Shown here: one piece after another, positions 24,264-37,765 of the stretch
How the letters are laid out: each line of letters begins with the position of its first letter
Numbering within the stretch: the stretch's first letter is position 1
Source: Podarcis vaucheri
Taxonomy: Eukaryota
Length of the DNA: 64,000 nucleotides
Strand: one strand, 5' to 3'
Assembly (NCBI GenBank): GCA_965113315.1
Contig: OZ220367.1
Translations under genes and position numbers: made by a program
The notes under the pieces: generated by a model
What the model saw: the letters and a program-made list of their open reading frames with translations, nothing else
The model's database searches: none
Told to the model about the DNA's origin: nothing

Positions 24264-24567
24264 TACTGCTGCCATATGCAATTCACATGGTGTTTATTAA
24301 TCACTTAAATCAAGAGAGATAGCCAGGCTCAAGCTGTTTGCCCTTGAAATCTTTTCTCCTCTTCCAAAATGACTGGGAGCTTACTGTACTTATTCAAGAG
24401 TAAAAAAGTAAGGACCTAGGACCTTTGTAACTGACTGAGGGATTTATTAGTTGGTGTTTTTATTACATTGCCAGGGCTGAAGCCTAGAATTATAAACAGG
24501 TTGCAAAGCCAAGTCCTGAACCCATCACAAAGTGTGTGTGGGGGTATTATAGATGTATGTGTGCATT

Positions 24568-24572
24568 ACACA

Positions 24573-24614
<42 letters not shown>
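24568..24614. repeat. Compound (CA)n(GA)n microsatellite
   Basis: Read directly from the sequence. Confidence 0.9.
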
Positions 24615-26045
24615 AACACATACACAATATTCAATTAAGGAACAAGATACCTTGTAAGGAGACAGTAGAGACAGAAGGAGGAAACAACCATTCTACCCAT
24701 TAGTTAACTTGAATAAAAATGCCTGAGTTGTTTTTTTAACTTAATTGCCACTCTGAAACTAAGCAAAGAGGTGCCCATTATGGGAAGAAGTAAGTGTACT
24801 ACCTCTATTAATAAGATTGCCAAGTTCTTGCTCCAGGAAGGTACATTTACTCAGAGGGATCAATGGAGGGTACAGATGCAAAGCACCCTTCTGAAATGTG
24901 CCATTCTTTTATTTATTAAATCTGTATATCGCCCTTTCTCTGTAAATCTCAGGGCAGGTCACAACATAAAATTACAAGATAAAAACATAAAATATGTAAT
25001 GGAAACAACAACAACAACACCCCAATAAACCACCCTCCTCAATAACTGAAACCGCCTTTATATAGTTTGGCTATTCCTGTCTGTACACCAGCTGTGACGT
25101 GAGAAGGTTTGGAAAGATCAAAGTTAGGAAACTGAAATTAAATCAATTGTGTCCTTCTAAAATAGCTTTTCACCTGTGCTGTTAATTTCTGCATCTGCTG
25201 CTGATGAACATGCCGCATACATTGTTAATTTAGTACAAATAATTACTCCCATAGTATTGCTTCTATTAAATGTCATATTTCTGCCTACCTGTGATTGAAA
25301 CCATTAGTTTGCTGGAAAATAAATTATTATTTACTGGGATTGGATCTTCTCTTTCTGTGGAATGCGTGAGTCATGATTGTGTCGCCTTGTCTCTGCTGTT
25401 GAAGATAATCTCATTTCAGCCTGCCATTCACAGGTGGTCCTTAATGCTTTTTAAAACATACTGACAAACCGTTCTGTTAATTGATGCAACCTACAAGTTG
25501 CCTTTCTATTAAAAAAGTACTAAAAATGAAACATGCATATTAAAACAATACAAATGGAAAGAATGAACAAGTCAAATAGTGGAGAGAAAGAAACAGAAAA
25601 CATCCATAGCAGCCATGAGGAATGTTCAGTTAAAATGCATTTCTGAAACTGTGTAAAGGAAACCTGCAAGACCTCTTTAGGAAGCCGGAGCTGATTCCAC
25701 TGAGAAGCTCTGCCCTTTCTTGAAAGTAGCTAGAACAAAGCCTCCTCAGCAAACATCAAAAATCAAGATGGGCCACGTCAAGGATGAAGAATCTGTGGCC
25801 TTCCAGATGTTGAACACAGCCAGCCTAGCCAATGGTCTTGGATTCTGGAAGTGGTACTCTCAACAACATCTGGAGTATCATAGGTTCCCCTGTTACTGGT
25901 CTACATTAAGTGAAATATTTCTGCAGCTATTCTGGGCTCAGTTTTTAAACTTTAATTATGAAATTATTGTGAGGTTTAATGTGTTTATATTTGGACAACG
26001 TTTCTGCTGTATTTTAAACTTTAAACTTGAGTACATTACTAGAAG

Positions 26046-26313
26046 GACAGATCATGAAGCTGAGGCTCCAATACTTTGGCCACCTCATGAGAAGAGAAGA
26101 CTCCCTGGAAAAGACCCTGATGTTGGGAAAGATGGAGGGCACAAGGAGAAGGGGACGACAGAGGACGAGATGGTTGGATAGTGTTCATGAAGCTACCAGC
26201 ATGAATTTGACCAAACTGTGGGAGGCAGTGGAAGACAGGAGTGCCTGGCGTGCTCTGGTCTATGGGGTCACGAAGAGTCGGACACGACTAAATGACTAAA
26301 CAACAACAACAAC
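26046..26313 (+). mobile_element. BovB LINE, 5'-truncated 3' end
   Basis: Encodes LRLQYFGHLMRREDSLEKTLMLGKMEGTRRRGRQRTRWLD; (CAA)n tail; 13-bp TSD ACATTACTAGAAG (26033-26045, 26314-26326). Confidence 0.95.
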
Positions 26314-26479
26314 ACATTACTAGAAGCTGGACGATGTAGTTCATACTCACTCTCCTTTGCTTAGCATGCTTAATGAACGTGCCTGAACTGAGTAATTTGA
26401 TATCTGTGAATTCTAAACCAAAATGACATGATCCACATGTTGTGATGCAGCTTAAAAACATATTGCAATATGCAATTAA

Positions 26480-26820
26480 AGGGGCAGATGGGGCTCATCA
26501 ACCTGGGACGGTAGGCCATTTAGGAGAAGGAAAACTCTGGCCATAAAACTCTGCTGTCTTGTGGGATATTTTCAGGAGAAGATAAGGCTAAGGAGTAAAC
26601 CCTACACAAATCCAGAGTGGAGTCCCTAAGGTGATTGGATGTGCCTTGTATGCCTCCTTCCAGCAACTCCTGCTGCCAAGTTGGTGCTACATCAGTGAGG
26701 CCAAAGGGGAATCTCTCCATCTGGACAACCCAGGACCTTCATACACACTGCCCTGGCTTGCACACCATGGAAGGTCATTTGGTGGTGCTAGTGCCATGGT
26801 TTGGCTTCACCCCCAGAGGC
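26480..26820 (+). mobile_element. Probable RTE-related 5'-UTR/SINE fragment
   Basis: Contains TAGGAGAAGGAAAACTCTG, a motif I associate with RTE-clade 5' regions; ends not defined. Confidence 0.35.
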
Positions 26821-28625
26821 ACACTCCATTGTCACGAGACAGACAGATGCCAACAACACAGATTAATGGGCAAATGAATCGGAATTGTGGCAAAAACATT
26901 CAAAACAGATGCGGGATGGAAAGAGAGACAGGTCAGAAACTCACTGATTTGCCCATCCTACTCTAACCCTTGGTTATGCATAGGTTGGGGCTAATGGTTA
27001 GTACCAAGTGGAATATCTCAAAGTACTCTTTAGGAATCGGAGGCATTACTAATGAAGCCAAGCCTGTGCGCCTTTTGACACAGCCATCTGTATGCCACCA
27101 ACATTTATAACACATGGCAGCTTTTCAACTTTGTTGCCTTCTGTCATCTGCAGGATTCAGCCAGCAAGCACGAATCATGTTGCAAAATCATAACCTCTTA
27201 AGACTTTCCCCCAGATGGTGTAGTATCCCCAGTGCTATTTGTCTTCAGCTGTCTTTATTTACACACACGCACACACAGATATATTTTTAGAACTGGAATG
27301 ATTTAAGCATGTACATGCAAGGTCCTGATTACTCTACCTTGTGGGCTGCATGCCGTGAAATAAATCTGGCACAAACAATTGAAAACATCTTACAAATTAG
27401 GAACACAACTCTGAGACTACAGTAGGCTGACTTTCTGGTTTCTTCTCGTCCGGTATTCTTTATTTAAATTGTTAGAGCACTGAAATCGTGGTGGTTAGCA
27501 AATATGTCTTAGCCTTTCACATCTTAGCTTTCCTACCAAACAAGATATATGAATTATTAGAGAAAGAGAAAGCTTGGATGAGATGTTTTCAAAGGCGACA
27601 ATAACTGTGCTGTTTATCAGCTTTGCCTTCACCATTCAAAAGCATTTGTTTAATTTTCACACACAGAATACTTAATGCATGCACTGAGATGACACACCCC
27701 TGATGTTTTGAAGGTTTTTGTTTGTTTTTCTTTTTGGCATGTGCAGGATTTAAATTTTGTGATGAGCTAGTTGTTGATTGAGCTTTCAATCAAAATGTCT
27801 TCCAGCAGCTCGCTGCAGCTAAATTACTTGCACTGAGAACTCCACGTCATTTATTTTGGAAAGGTTTCCTTAGAAATAGTCCCCATAAATAGTGCATCGT
27901 TTTGAAGGCTTTGCAATTTCTTGCTGCAAATTAGAAAAGGTGCAAAGTATTAAAGTGTCAAAGATTAAGCGCAAAATTATTTTGCATCAAGCAAACAACT
28001 TCTGTATACAACTGACTCTGAGGACCCTTCCAGCTGCCCTTTTTATTGTATGTTCACAATTATTTGTGTTCATGATGCCAAAGGATGGTGATACGTGATT
28101 CCACTTTCAATACTGTTTGTGCCTGCAAAAGTTTGGGAGAGATCACACCGCTTCATTTCCAATCAGTGCATATCCTGCTGAAATCCCATAACTTGCTTAT
28201 AGCACAAAACGTTTGTTTTTGCCCCACTTTTGTTGTGCTAAAGCCCCTCCAGAATACGGTAGTAGCTTTAAAGAAGCATCACATAACAAACTAAAACAGA
28301 ATCAAATAATATGCACTTGTCTATTTTTCATGCTTTGAAAGGAAATAGTTGGATAATTTCCATTGTTTCATGTTACCAAATTGTGTATCTACTGTTGACT
28401 CAGGTACATGCTGGACATTGCCCGTAGAGAGAGTCTCTATCTCAGCACTGTGTTAATACTCATTTGCTTTACTTACACAATCCTGGGTTCTCGCCCTTCC
28501 CCACACCAGCAAAGGACAGGGCTCTTTTGACGTTTTGTAAATACAGATTGGGATCCTTCACAAGCATGGAGATAAACAGAATATCAAACATGCAAAATTT
28601 TGTTTTTTAAAAAATCACTGCCACA

Positions 28626-28628
<3 letters not shown>

Positions 28629-28673
<45 letters not shown>
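28629..28673. repeat. (CT)n(GT)n microsatellite
   Basis: Read directly from the sequence. Confidence 0.9.
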
Positions 28674-28674
<1 letters not shown>

Positions 28675-28911
28675 ATGCATGCATCAACTTCTATGACATT
28701 GGTTCCTAAGTGTGAATAGGACTACAACCATAATTGGCTTATTTTGCATCTCTGGTCAGCTTTCAAATTCACGCTTCTGAAGGATACTTCACAGGGAAAG
28801 ATAGAAATTAGTAGGCCCTGTGGCATTCCTGAATAAAACAGGATTCCAGCTGAATGGATACTTGAAACATAAACTCTTTTGGCACAAAGATGGGTCACTG
28901 AGGGATACCTG

Positions 28912-28925
28912 GTTGCCATAGCAAC
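28912..28925. promoter_or_regulatory. RFX X-box GTTGCCATAGCAAC
   Basis: 14-bp near-perfect palindrome matching GTTRCCATRGYAAC. Confidence 0.5.
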
Positions 28926-29824
28926 TCAGCCTATGATCATGGGAAATAAGAGAGCACAAGGGTTCTGTGAGTTATATTCCACAGCCCTAATGTAAGTGCT
29001 GTACAAACTACACAGAAGGCTGAGCGTCTAGGTGTTTTGAGAGCTGCACCTCTGCTTCCGTTTCACAAGTCCTTAGCAATGTGTTCTTCATGCATGAGAA
29101 AGCTACTTTTCCATTTTAAGGACTCTGACCCAATTTAAACAGTACACTCATCATCACCATCATTTATCTGCATGCTTTCTTTCCATACTAAGCTATGCTC
29201 AAGATGGCTCACAACACTGAAATGTCTTACATATTTCACCAGTAGTTGTGGGACATAATGAAATTTCACCCATTCAATTTAATACACTCAATGGACTAGA
29301 AATAAAACAAATACATACTGTTCCCCTGAATTTCAGAATGAAACGGATTCAAAAGTGTGACTTAATGACAGCTACACAGAGGTATAGTCACCTCTAGACA
29401 GTCCCGTGGAGAGAGCCCTTCCAGATTTACATGACAAGTTTTTCTCCCATTTTCACTCCTGACAAAATGCAGTCATTATCAGCGGCATCCTTAGCATTTT
29501 ATTTTCCATCCAGTGGAAATAGAGTTGCTATTCCTGGTAATTTGGTCAATAAAGGACCAATCAAATGCTGTCAAACTCCAGCATAAAAATTACAAAACAA
29601 AAGAATGCCTTCTATAGATTCTACCTACTTTTGAGGAAAGAGGGGGGGGCAGCATATCTGCTACAAAACATCTGGGAGGGAAGAACATTGAATTTGGCCA
29701 GAGTTCAAGCTCTGTGCAATAGGTAATAATAACATGCAGATTCCAGAAGGAAGTAGCTAACTGGAAAGGATCGTTGTAGAAGGCAGCTGGAACTCAGTTT
29801 TGGCACGTTCTAAGAGAACAAGAA

Positions 29825-29935
29825 GGGACATGGGTGGTGCTGTGAGTTAAACCACAGAGCCTAGGAATTGCCGATCAGAAGGTCGGTGGTTCAGCCACGA
29901 CTGGACCTAATGGTCAGGGGTCCCTTTACCTTTTT
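29825..29935 (+). mobile_element. Internally deleted Sauria SINE (head fused to tail)
   Basis: Head ...GGTCGGTGGTTC joined directly to tail AGCCACGACTGGACC; 14-bp TSD TAAGAGAACAAGAA (29811-29824, 29936-29949). Confidence 0.9.
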
Positions 29936-30704
29936 TAAGAGAACAAGAAACATGTTCAGGGCAAGTTCCAGTACCTTTTTCCCCCTAGAAAAAGAGCACT
30001 GGTAGAAGATACTGAAGAAGCAAGATGAACAAGTTGCACGTGAACAATCCAGAATAACTTGAAAAGAGAAGTTTGAAGTTCTTTGCTTTACCAGGGTAGT
30101 TGCATTAACATGTCCCATTCAAAGAAAACAAAAATACGATGTCTAATATAGGCAGCTTTTGGGTAACAAGCTTTGTCCCAACAATGCAATAAATGTGTTC
30201 ACAGCCCTGTTTCCATTTTGAACATAAAGCTCTTTAGTAATGGCTGCCCACCAAGCTCTTATCTCAAAAGGGCACTGCCCCATTTCCAAAAATAGAGCTG
30301 CGTCAGGAGCCCATCCTGGGATCTGCAGAAGGGCTTTGTTTGAACCAATTGAAATAGCAGCTCCATAAAGAAACTGGGAAGTTATCCTAGCATTTAAAAA
30401 GTTTAATAGCTCCAGAGATCTACTGACCCCCTTTGGTGTAAAAAAAAAAAAGAGGGAGCACAGCATAAGCAAACTGCTTAGCTTGAGATTTCTGGGAAGC
30501 AAAAAATCTGTGATGTAGAGTATAGAACACCATCTCCAAGTACTAGAAGCTTTTAACATGTTTCAAAAGCACAAAGATACATAACATAACAAACCATAAC
30601 TCCCCTCATACCCAACCCAGTTTAAAAGTCTGTAGCTTGCTTAATTGGCCCAAGGCCTGGGTGAAGAGGAATGCTTTCACCTGGCACCTAAATATATGTA
30701 ATGA

Positions 30705-31103
30705 CGAGTGGCACTGTGGTCTAAACCACTGAGCCTCTTGGGCTTGCCAATCAGAAGCTCGGCGGTTCGAATCCCCGCGAAGGGGTGAGCTCCCATTGCT
30801 CTGTCCTAGCAGTTTGAAAACACACCAGTGCAAGTAGATAAATGGGTAATCTATAGAAGGCACTCTGGTTTCCGTCATGGTGTTCTGTTGCACCAGAAGC
30901 GGTTTAGTCCTGCTTGCCACATAACCTGGAAAGCTGTCAGTGGACAAACACCAGCTCCCTCGGCCTGAGAGCGAGATGAGTGCCGCAACCCCATAGTCGC
31001 CTTTGACCGTCCAGGGGTCCTTTGTTGTTGTTTAGTCATTTAGTCATATCTGACTCTTCATGACCCCATGGACCAGAGCACGCCAGGCCCTCTTTTACCT
31101 TTT
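30705..31103 (+). mobile_element. Sauria SINE variant with a short antisense BovB tail (~31024-31091) inside it, inserted in a minus-strand L2 remnant
   Basis: 12-bp TSD TATATGTAATGA (30693-30704, 31104-31115); L2-like flanks AAGGCCTGGGTGAAGAGG / GCATTCC...GAAAAGGCCC. Confidence 0.85.
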
Positions 31104-31716
31104 TATATGTAATGAAGGAGCCAGGTGAGCCTCTCTGGGGAGAGCATTCCGCAAATGGGGAACCACTGCAGAAAAGGCCCATTCTCATGTTGCCTCCCTC
31201 CAGATCTGGGAAACAGACAGAGTTGCCCACACTCTATCCCTAGTAACACCACATGGGTGTCTCACGCAGTCTCAATGTCACTTCTAAACTGGACCTGTTT
31301 CAAAGTAACTGCAAAGTTGAATTTGCTTCTAGCACTTGTGGAATCTATTTAAATCCATTCAAATACATTCACCATGTGCTTGCTCTTTTTATTATTCTTT
31401 TCTTTTAAACCCTTCCTCCGTAAACTAGAGCTGAGCTATTCCACTACTGTGGCTTCACTGCTGTAGAGTTATATCTCTCTTCTTCACCTTTCAGGTTTTA
31501 TTCATAACTATTCTGATCAGAGGAACCAATACCGCCAGCTATTGAATAGCTTGTGCTTCACTGCAGTCAAGTGTGATTAATAGACAAGGAACTGAATGAC
31601 TTGATTATAGGATGTAGTGGAAGTGCTCCTCTTTGGAAATCAGTAAGGCACCTCACTTTTGGGAATTAAACACTGAGAACACCTGCTCTTCTTGAACTGC
31701 ATGGCATCATTTAGTG

Positions 31717-31929
31717 CAGGGACGTCCTACTCCCAATAGACTGCGATCTACTCACAGTATTAAAAAAACTGGCAGTGATCTACCCATTGTCGTAAAAAGT
31801 TGGGTTTTGTTTTGTTTTTGTTTGCTTTTTTGTAAGGAGATATCGGAGGGGGCCAGAGATCAACAAGGATCTACCAGGAACACCCTGCAATCTCCCAGTA
31901 GACCACGATCTACCTGTTGGACATGCCTG
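31717..31929. mobile_element. hAT MITE
   Basis: CAGGGACGTCC ... GGACATGCCTG; perfect 8-bp TSD ATTTAGTG. Confidence 0.85.
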
Positions 31930-33914
31930 ATTTAGTGGCCCACTTACTTCTCTGCTTTGATAGATGCACAAAATCCTCAGGGATGCATGGAAGACAAAAC
32001 TGATCCCAGGGAGAAGAGTAAGCAAGTAACAGAGAGCCAGTGACCAAGGACAAGAAGACTGCTGCAATGGGAGATGGCAGCTCTCCATCGGCATGCTCTG
32101 AAGGCACTCTTATGTAGAATGGGGTAGGCAGGACACACGGACAGACAAAAAGCTCCAAATGCAAGGCATCATTAAGGAACCAGGTATACATCCACCCATT
32201 GCAGCCAGGACAGTCACAGCCTTGGAACTACCTCCCCCCATCAATTATGAGGTGGACCCTTCTAACCTTGGAGTGTTTTAGCCACTAGAAAAGGAATTTG
32301 GTACCCAACCAGTGTAGTGGTCAGGGCAGTTTCTTCTGAAGCAAAGTGGGCTTGGTTGCATCTCACACAAAAAGATAATCAAGTACATTATTTGCATAAA
32401 CCGATACCCAGCTAAACAAAAGCCAGTTTTCCTTGGTGGAAAAAAGATGGGTTAAATTTGGTTCAGAATGACTTAATTTTAGTACAGTACAGTGTATTTG
32501 CCTTTCTGTCTTTCTTTGCATCATGTCCCCCTCCTGTCTCTTTCCATCCTTTTCACTTGTCCACCTCTGGACTCAAAGCTACGCAGAGAAGAGATTTACT
32601 TTCATTCTTGTCATGAATTCTGATGGCGCATTAGAAGTAATCATAGTAATAATTTGGTCTGTTGTCTATAGGACCTTGATTTGCTGATGGAACTGAAGCG
32701 GAAATGTGTGGAGTGTGATAGTGGCAGGATGAAGGATCTCACTAGAAAGGCACTCCAAAGAATGAATTATAGACTATGAGCACTTCTTATTACGAGTAAT
32801 TGTCTGGAAAACTACAGGCAGGAAATGTGAAACGATGCAATTCATTGAAAAAAAGGGAAGAAATGGACAGTTTCTTATTGGCTGAAAGTATGAAATAGCA
32901 ATGGGGTTTCCCTCCCCAAGCCAACAGGATTTAAAAAAAAAAATGTTTGTGACTCTACTCAGTGATTAGGACATGAATGAAATTGAAGCAACAGGAAAAA
33001 GAGAGATGCAGGCAAAATTGCCACACTAATAATATTGAAAACTCAGGTTCTAAGTGTTGTCTCCTCCATTGTAGCTGTGGTTCAAAATTCCTACAAATAC
33101 ATAGGAAAATGGGGGTTATGTTCCTGGCCATTGTGCATTGTGTAAAGCCAGGAGCCCCTTGAACTGGACCTCCTGCAAGGTGGAGGGCTGATTGCCCAGC
33201 TTTGGAAAGGTGGAATAAAGGCTCTAAGCAGAGTCCTAGAGACCTCCCTCTTCCAGTAAGTGTTTGCCGAGCTTTGGGAAGAAAGCGAAAGGGCTTTAAC
33301 ATTCTGCCTTACTTGGCTTTGGGAAGTTTTGGAAAGTGTGTTTCCTCCACTCCCATTTATTTATCCCCCCCGCCCCGCCTATCCAAAACAATGATTGCAT
33401 AAGTAAAATAAACGCAAGGTGACAAGATATGTGTGTTGCTTTCAGTAAAGTAACGAAAGGAAAAGAGGTAACGAAAACTTTAACAAAGTTGCTGAAGGTG
33501 CTGATAACAAGATTATTTACACTGCTCTGAAAAAGTTATTATACATTTATTTATGTATATGTATAATCATGCAAATTTCAAGGCGGTTTACCACCATACG
33601 ATAAAGCAACTAGAAATAGGTTTTCAAACACAAACAAAACCCCAAGGCAGCAGGATTGCCCCTATCAAGGTCACTGTATTAGCTTCCCTGCTGCCTTCGC
33701 CTCCCTCTTCTGTTGCCCACCCTCCTGTGATGGTGGCAGCAGAGGCCCCTTTCCTGGCTTACTTGTCATTGACTTGCTACTGCTTTAGCCCCCCCCCCCG
33801 TTTAACATTTTCCCTTTTGCCATTGCTTTAGCAATGGCAGTGCTGGTGAGGCTTTCCATCACCTTACTCCCTTGGTCTAGGAAGGGAGAAAGTGGAGAAC
33901 CTCACCGGAGTCAC

Positions 33915-34083
33915 ACCTGCACTGTACATTTAAAGCACTATTATACCACTTAACCATCATGGATAATCCTGGGAGCCGTCATTTGTTAAGGGTCCTGGGA
34001 ATTGCAGCTCTGCGAGGTCATCCCCTTAACAAACTATGGTTTCCATGATTCTTCATGATGGTTAAAGGGGTATAATGGTGGTT
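33915..34083. mobile_element. Old palindromic MITE remnant
   Basis: Inverted arms TTATACCACTTAACCATCATG / CATGATGGTTAAAGGGGTATAA and TTTGTTAAGGG / CCCTTAACAAA. Confidence 0.55.
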
Positions 34084-35990
34084 TGGGGTGGTGTTTGGTT
34101 TTTTTTTTTTTTTTTGGCCTGGAAGTTGTCGCTGTTGCTTGTCAAAATAAGAATGTTTTTGATCGTTTCTGGGAACTGCAAATGGCGAGGGTCCATTGTA
34201 TCTCAACAGGGGTGATGTTCCAAAATCAGAGAGCAACCACACAGTTCTCTCCAGATCATGGGAAAACCCCCTTCTCTGCAGATGTTGACTGGTTTATTAG
34301 TCAGTGTAACACGGAAAAGCTTTTACATGGGGCAGGCACTAGTGGAGACGTGCTAAAGAAGTACCTTAACATTTGTGCAAGCATTAATCCCACAAAGCTA
34401 TGGTCCCACAAATGTTGTTGTGCTTTGGCTAAAGAAGCAGGAAAGGTGACTTCAAACTGGTACTAAATCGAAAGATCAGAAATGGTTTAATTTCGTTGTT
34501 GTTGCAGATGTTGCTGCAGTTATTAACATCAATGATTAAAAAAACTAATTTGTCACAACATGTCTTAAGTTTAATGTATAATAGAAGTTTTACAATTTTG
34601 TCAATTCATTGCAAACCAAACAAAGCAATTTTGGCATTAAGCAAAAAGTCTTGTTCTTTTCACTGTATTAAAACCTAAAAGCTGAACTTGGCCTCCCCAC
34701 TGCCCCCCTCAAAAAATAAATATGAAGAGAATTAATAATTAAGAGAACAGTTGCCACAATCAACACCAGACGAGGTTTCCTGTGCCAGATTGCTGCTTAT
34801 TTCCATGTGTGGTCTGAAGTGTGGTCTAGGGGGGAAACAATGAATTTTGGGCCCTGAACTAAGTCCTGCCAAATAAGGGAAATTGCTGCATCGCTTACCA
34901 GCAGATGTCTCTGTTACTCTCACCTACTAGTGCAGATTGCATAATGAAGGAGAGAGATGGGAGTTTTTGTTGCAGATGGCTATCAGAAAGCTCCTAGTTT
35001 TCTCTCTGCCTTTGTTCTTCTGTCCACAAAGTTTCTGAAATAAAAAGGAAGGCCAGATGTAATTGATGCACATTGCTATTCTTGCACGTAAATCTTGTTG
35101 AATCCAGGGGCATGATTTTTAAATGTGTACTTGTATATATAGATGCTCTTATGCCTGTGTACAGCAGCTTCCCTAAGGAAAATAAGATGTAAGGGGAAAA
35201 ACCTGCAATCTGCAAAGTGGAATTCAAAATACATTTTTGAGTGGATTTTAACTGCCCGAAGGGGGTCCCTTGTTTTAAAAGAGGAAAGGACACAGCAACT
35301 CTCAAAATAAAAACTGACGAGTAAACCAGACATGATCTCTAAACACTGTATTGACTTGTCAATCATATGACTTTTGTCATAACGGTGATCTTTATTTTTT
35401 AGTTGCTGTTTTGTTAATCATGTTTTATAGATCGCAATTCTTTTATTATTTGTTAATTATTTTATGACTTACACTGTATTTGTGATTGTTTCATTATGTT
35501 ATTACTATTTATTCTCTGTAAGCCACTTTTGAGATTCATTTGAATGAAAATTGGCATATAAATACAATAAATCAAATCAGTCAAATGATCTCAACATATA
35601 TCTGGGTATATGTTATACCCACTTTAACATGTGCCAGCAAATCAGAAATGAAGGGTTGTGTCCAACTAAAGCATACTCTGAGTAAATATGCTGAAACTAA
35701 TAGACATTACTTAGATCCATTCATTTTAATAGGTCTACTATGAATGCAATTCAGTTGAATACAACTCCAAATATTGGTGTTAAAGTGAAGAGGATGGTGA
35801 TATCTCAAAGCAGAGTATTACTTGTCTCCACCCCACACTTTTCTAGACGCTTGGTGTCATGAACTGGCTGGACAATGGGGAGAAGGAAGAGGAGCCTGGT
35901 GAGGGTTGTAGCTGGGACTGGGACACACTGGGGCAAGCTGAGGATGGGCAAGGAGAGGTTGGTGTAGGAAGTACGGGGTGATGGAAGATG

Positions 35991-36051
35991 ACAAAGGAAT
36001 GGGGACAGGAATGGGGACAAAGGAATGGGGACAGGAACAGGAATGGGGTCA
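35991..36051 (+). repeat. Short tandem repeat GGAATGGGGACA (about 4 copies)
   Basis: Four GGGG-containing units. Confidence 0.8.
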
Positions 36052-36550
36052 GTGCACAGGAACCAGACCATCACCATCACCAGAGTCGTGTCTGCGTGAA
36101 CATGGCAGGCTCTGAGGCAAATGGAGCAGTGGGAGGGGTGCTCCAGGAAGCTGAGGCAGGCAAGGGCCCACAGCCCAGCTCCCTAGCTGGCCAGGTGGGG
36201 CTTGCTAGCTTTGGGAAGAGGTGTGCGACTCCTCGGCTGGAGTAGGCTTGGAACAGGTGAGGGTCACATCCATCATCAAGCCCAGATGTTGCAATCAGAA
36301 TGCAAAGTACAAAAGGGCAGCAGAGGTGAGGTGCTGTGTCTGCTCAACTGCCTATGTTGAGGGACCTCAGTTTGGATGCTGCAGGATCTCTGCGGGACTG
36401 TGCTTCGGTTAGGACTTTGGGCATGGGGATAGACCCTGGACTGGGGACATGACATACTGACTTGTTGCCAGGTAGACCAGAGGTTCAGGACACTTGGGCT
36501 GGCAGTAACTGAACCAAGAAGTGAGTGATTTGGAATCCCTCCGCAATATA

Positions 36551-36630
36551 CAGGGTGAGTCCTTTAAAAGAGGCCCCGTGGATATAGAGTACACATGTTC
36601 CACGGGGCCTCTTTTAAAAGACTCATCCCG
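36551..36630. mobile_element. 80-bp mariner-type MITE (MADE1-like architecture)
   Basis: 32-bp TIRs CAGGGTGAGTCCTTTAAAAGAGGCCCCGTGGA with a 16-bp spacer and TA flanks. Confidence 0.85.
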
Positions 36631-37116
36631 TACAACCTGCAATGTATGTGCAATTAACTTGTGCACATTCAACTTTACATGCATGGCTTTTTTTATTTAA
36701 AAAATGGGGGGCAGGGTTCTTGAAAAAAATGACTTGAGGAATCCGACCCGCCATTGAACACAATGTGTTTTGATTATACACAATTCTGGCTTTAGGCAGG
36801 GTGCCTGGAATTAAACCCCCACATAACTGGCAGGCTTACTGTACTGTGGAGAGAGGAAAAATAAAGGAACTTTATACAATTCTCAACGCCACAGTGTGAG
36901 ATAATAATAATAATAAAAAATAGTGGGAATGTTTGGACATGCTCAGAAATATAAAGGATCTGGATTTGAAAAGTTGGGATAAGAGAGGTGAGTTGTTGCC
37001 AACCAAATATCCTTCGCTCACATACTATTAAAGGTTGAGAAGAATCCTGTCCCCTACATCCCTCAGCCGGTGCCTTTCACTTATCCTGTAGGGTCAAGTT
37101 CCAATACTTAACTGCA

Positions 37117-37513
37117 TTCTCTTCTTTGGCAATCACTCAAAGCCGAATAAGATTGTCGTCCATAAACACAATTTTAACAATGAGTCCGTAGGTGACTGTG
37201 GAGGCCAATTCTGGATTCACACGTCCTTCCACAGTGGGGACATTGGTTTCCAGGCAGCAGTTGATCATGGTGAGGGTTAGCGAAATGTGCCTTCCTCTTA
37301 GCACGTTTCCCCCTTGCATCCTGAGATCGAGTGTCTTCAAAGCCCATGACACTTTTGGTGAAGGCTATTCTCCAGCTGGGGGGCTCGCAGGCCAGCATTT
37401 CCCAGTTGTTGGTGTTTGTACTACATTTTTAAAAATTTCCCTTGAGACAGTCTTTAAACCTCTTTTGTTGACCACCAGCATTACGCTTTCCATTTTTAAG
37501 TTTGGAATAGAGT
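37117..37513 (-). mobile_element. RTE-clade LINE 3' fragment with C-terminal zinc finger
   Basis: Translation ends ...CPHCGRTCESRIGLHSHLRTHC*, typical of RTE-1/RTE-X ORFs. Confidence 0.8.
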
Positions 37514-37519
37514 ACTGTA

Positions 37520-37765
37520 CAGTGGTACCTCAGGTTACATATGCTTCAGGTTACAGATGCTTCAGGTTACAGACTCTGTTAACCCAGAAATAGTACCTCG
37601 GGTTAAGAACTTTGCTTCAGGATGAGAACAGAAATCTTGCTCCAGCGGCGCAGCAGCAGCAGGAGGCCCCATTAGTACTTCAGGTTAAGAACAGTTTCAG
37701 GTTAAGAACGGACCTCCAGAACGGACCCCCAGAACGAATTAAGTACTTAACCCGAGGTACTACTG
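37520..37765. mobile_element. Tigger-like MITE
   Basis: TA|CAGTGGTACCTCAGGTTA ... TAACCCGAGGTACTACTG|TA; same family as 56260-56482 in opposite orientation. Confidence 0.9.

Noticed and set aside
26480-26630. Possible HDV-like ribozyme in the RTE-related fragment
   Set aside because: I could not build the nested double pseudoknot by eye; it needs a covariance-model search.
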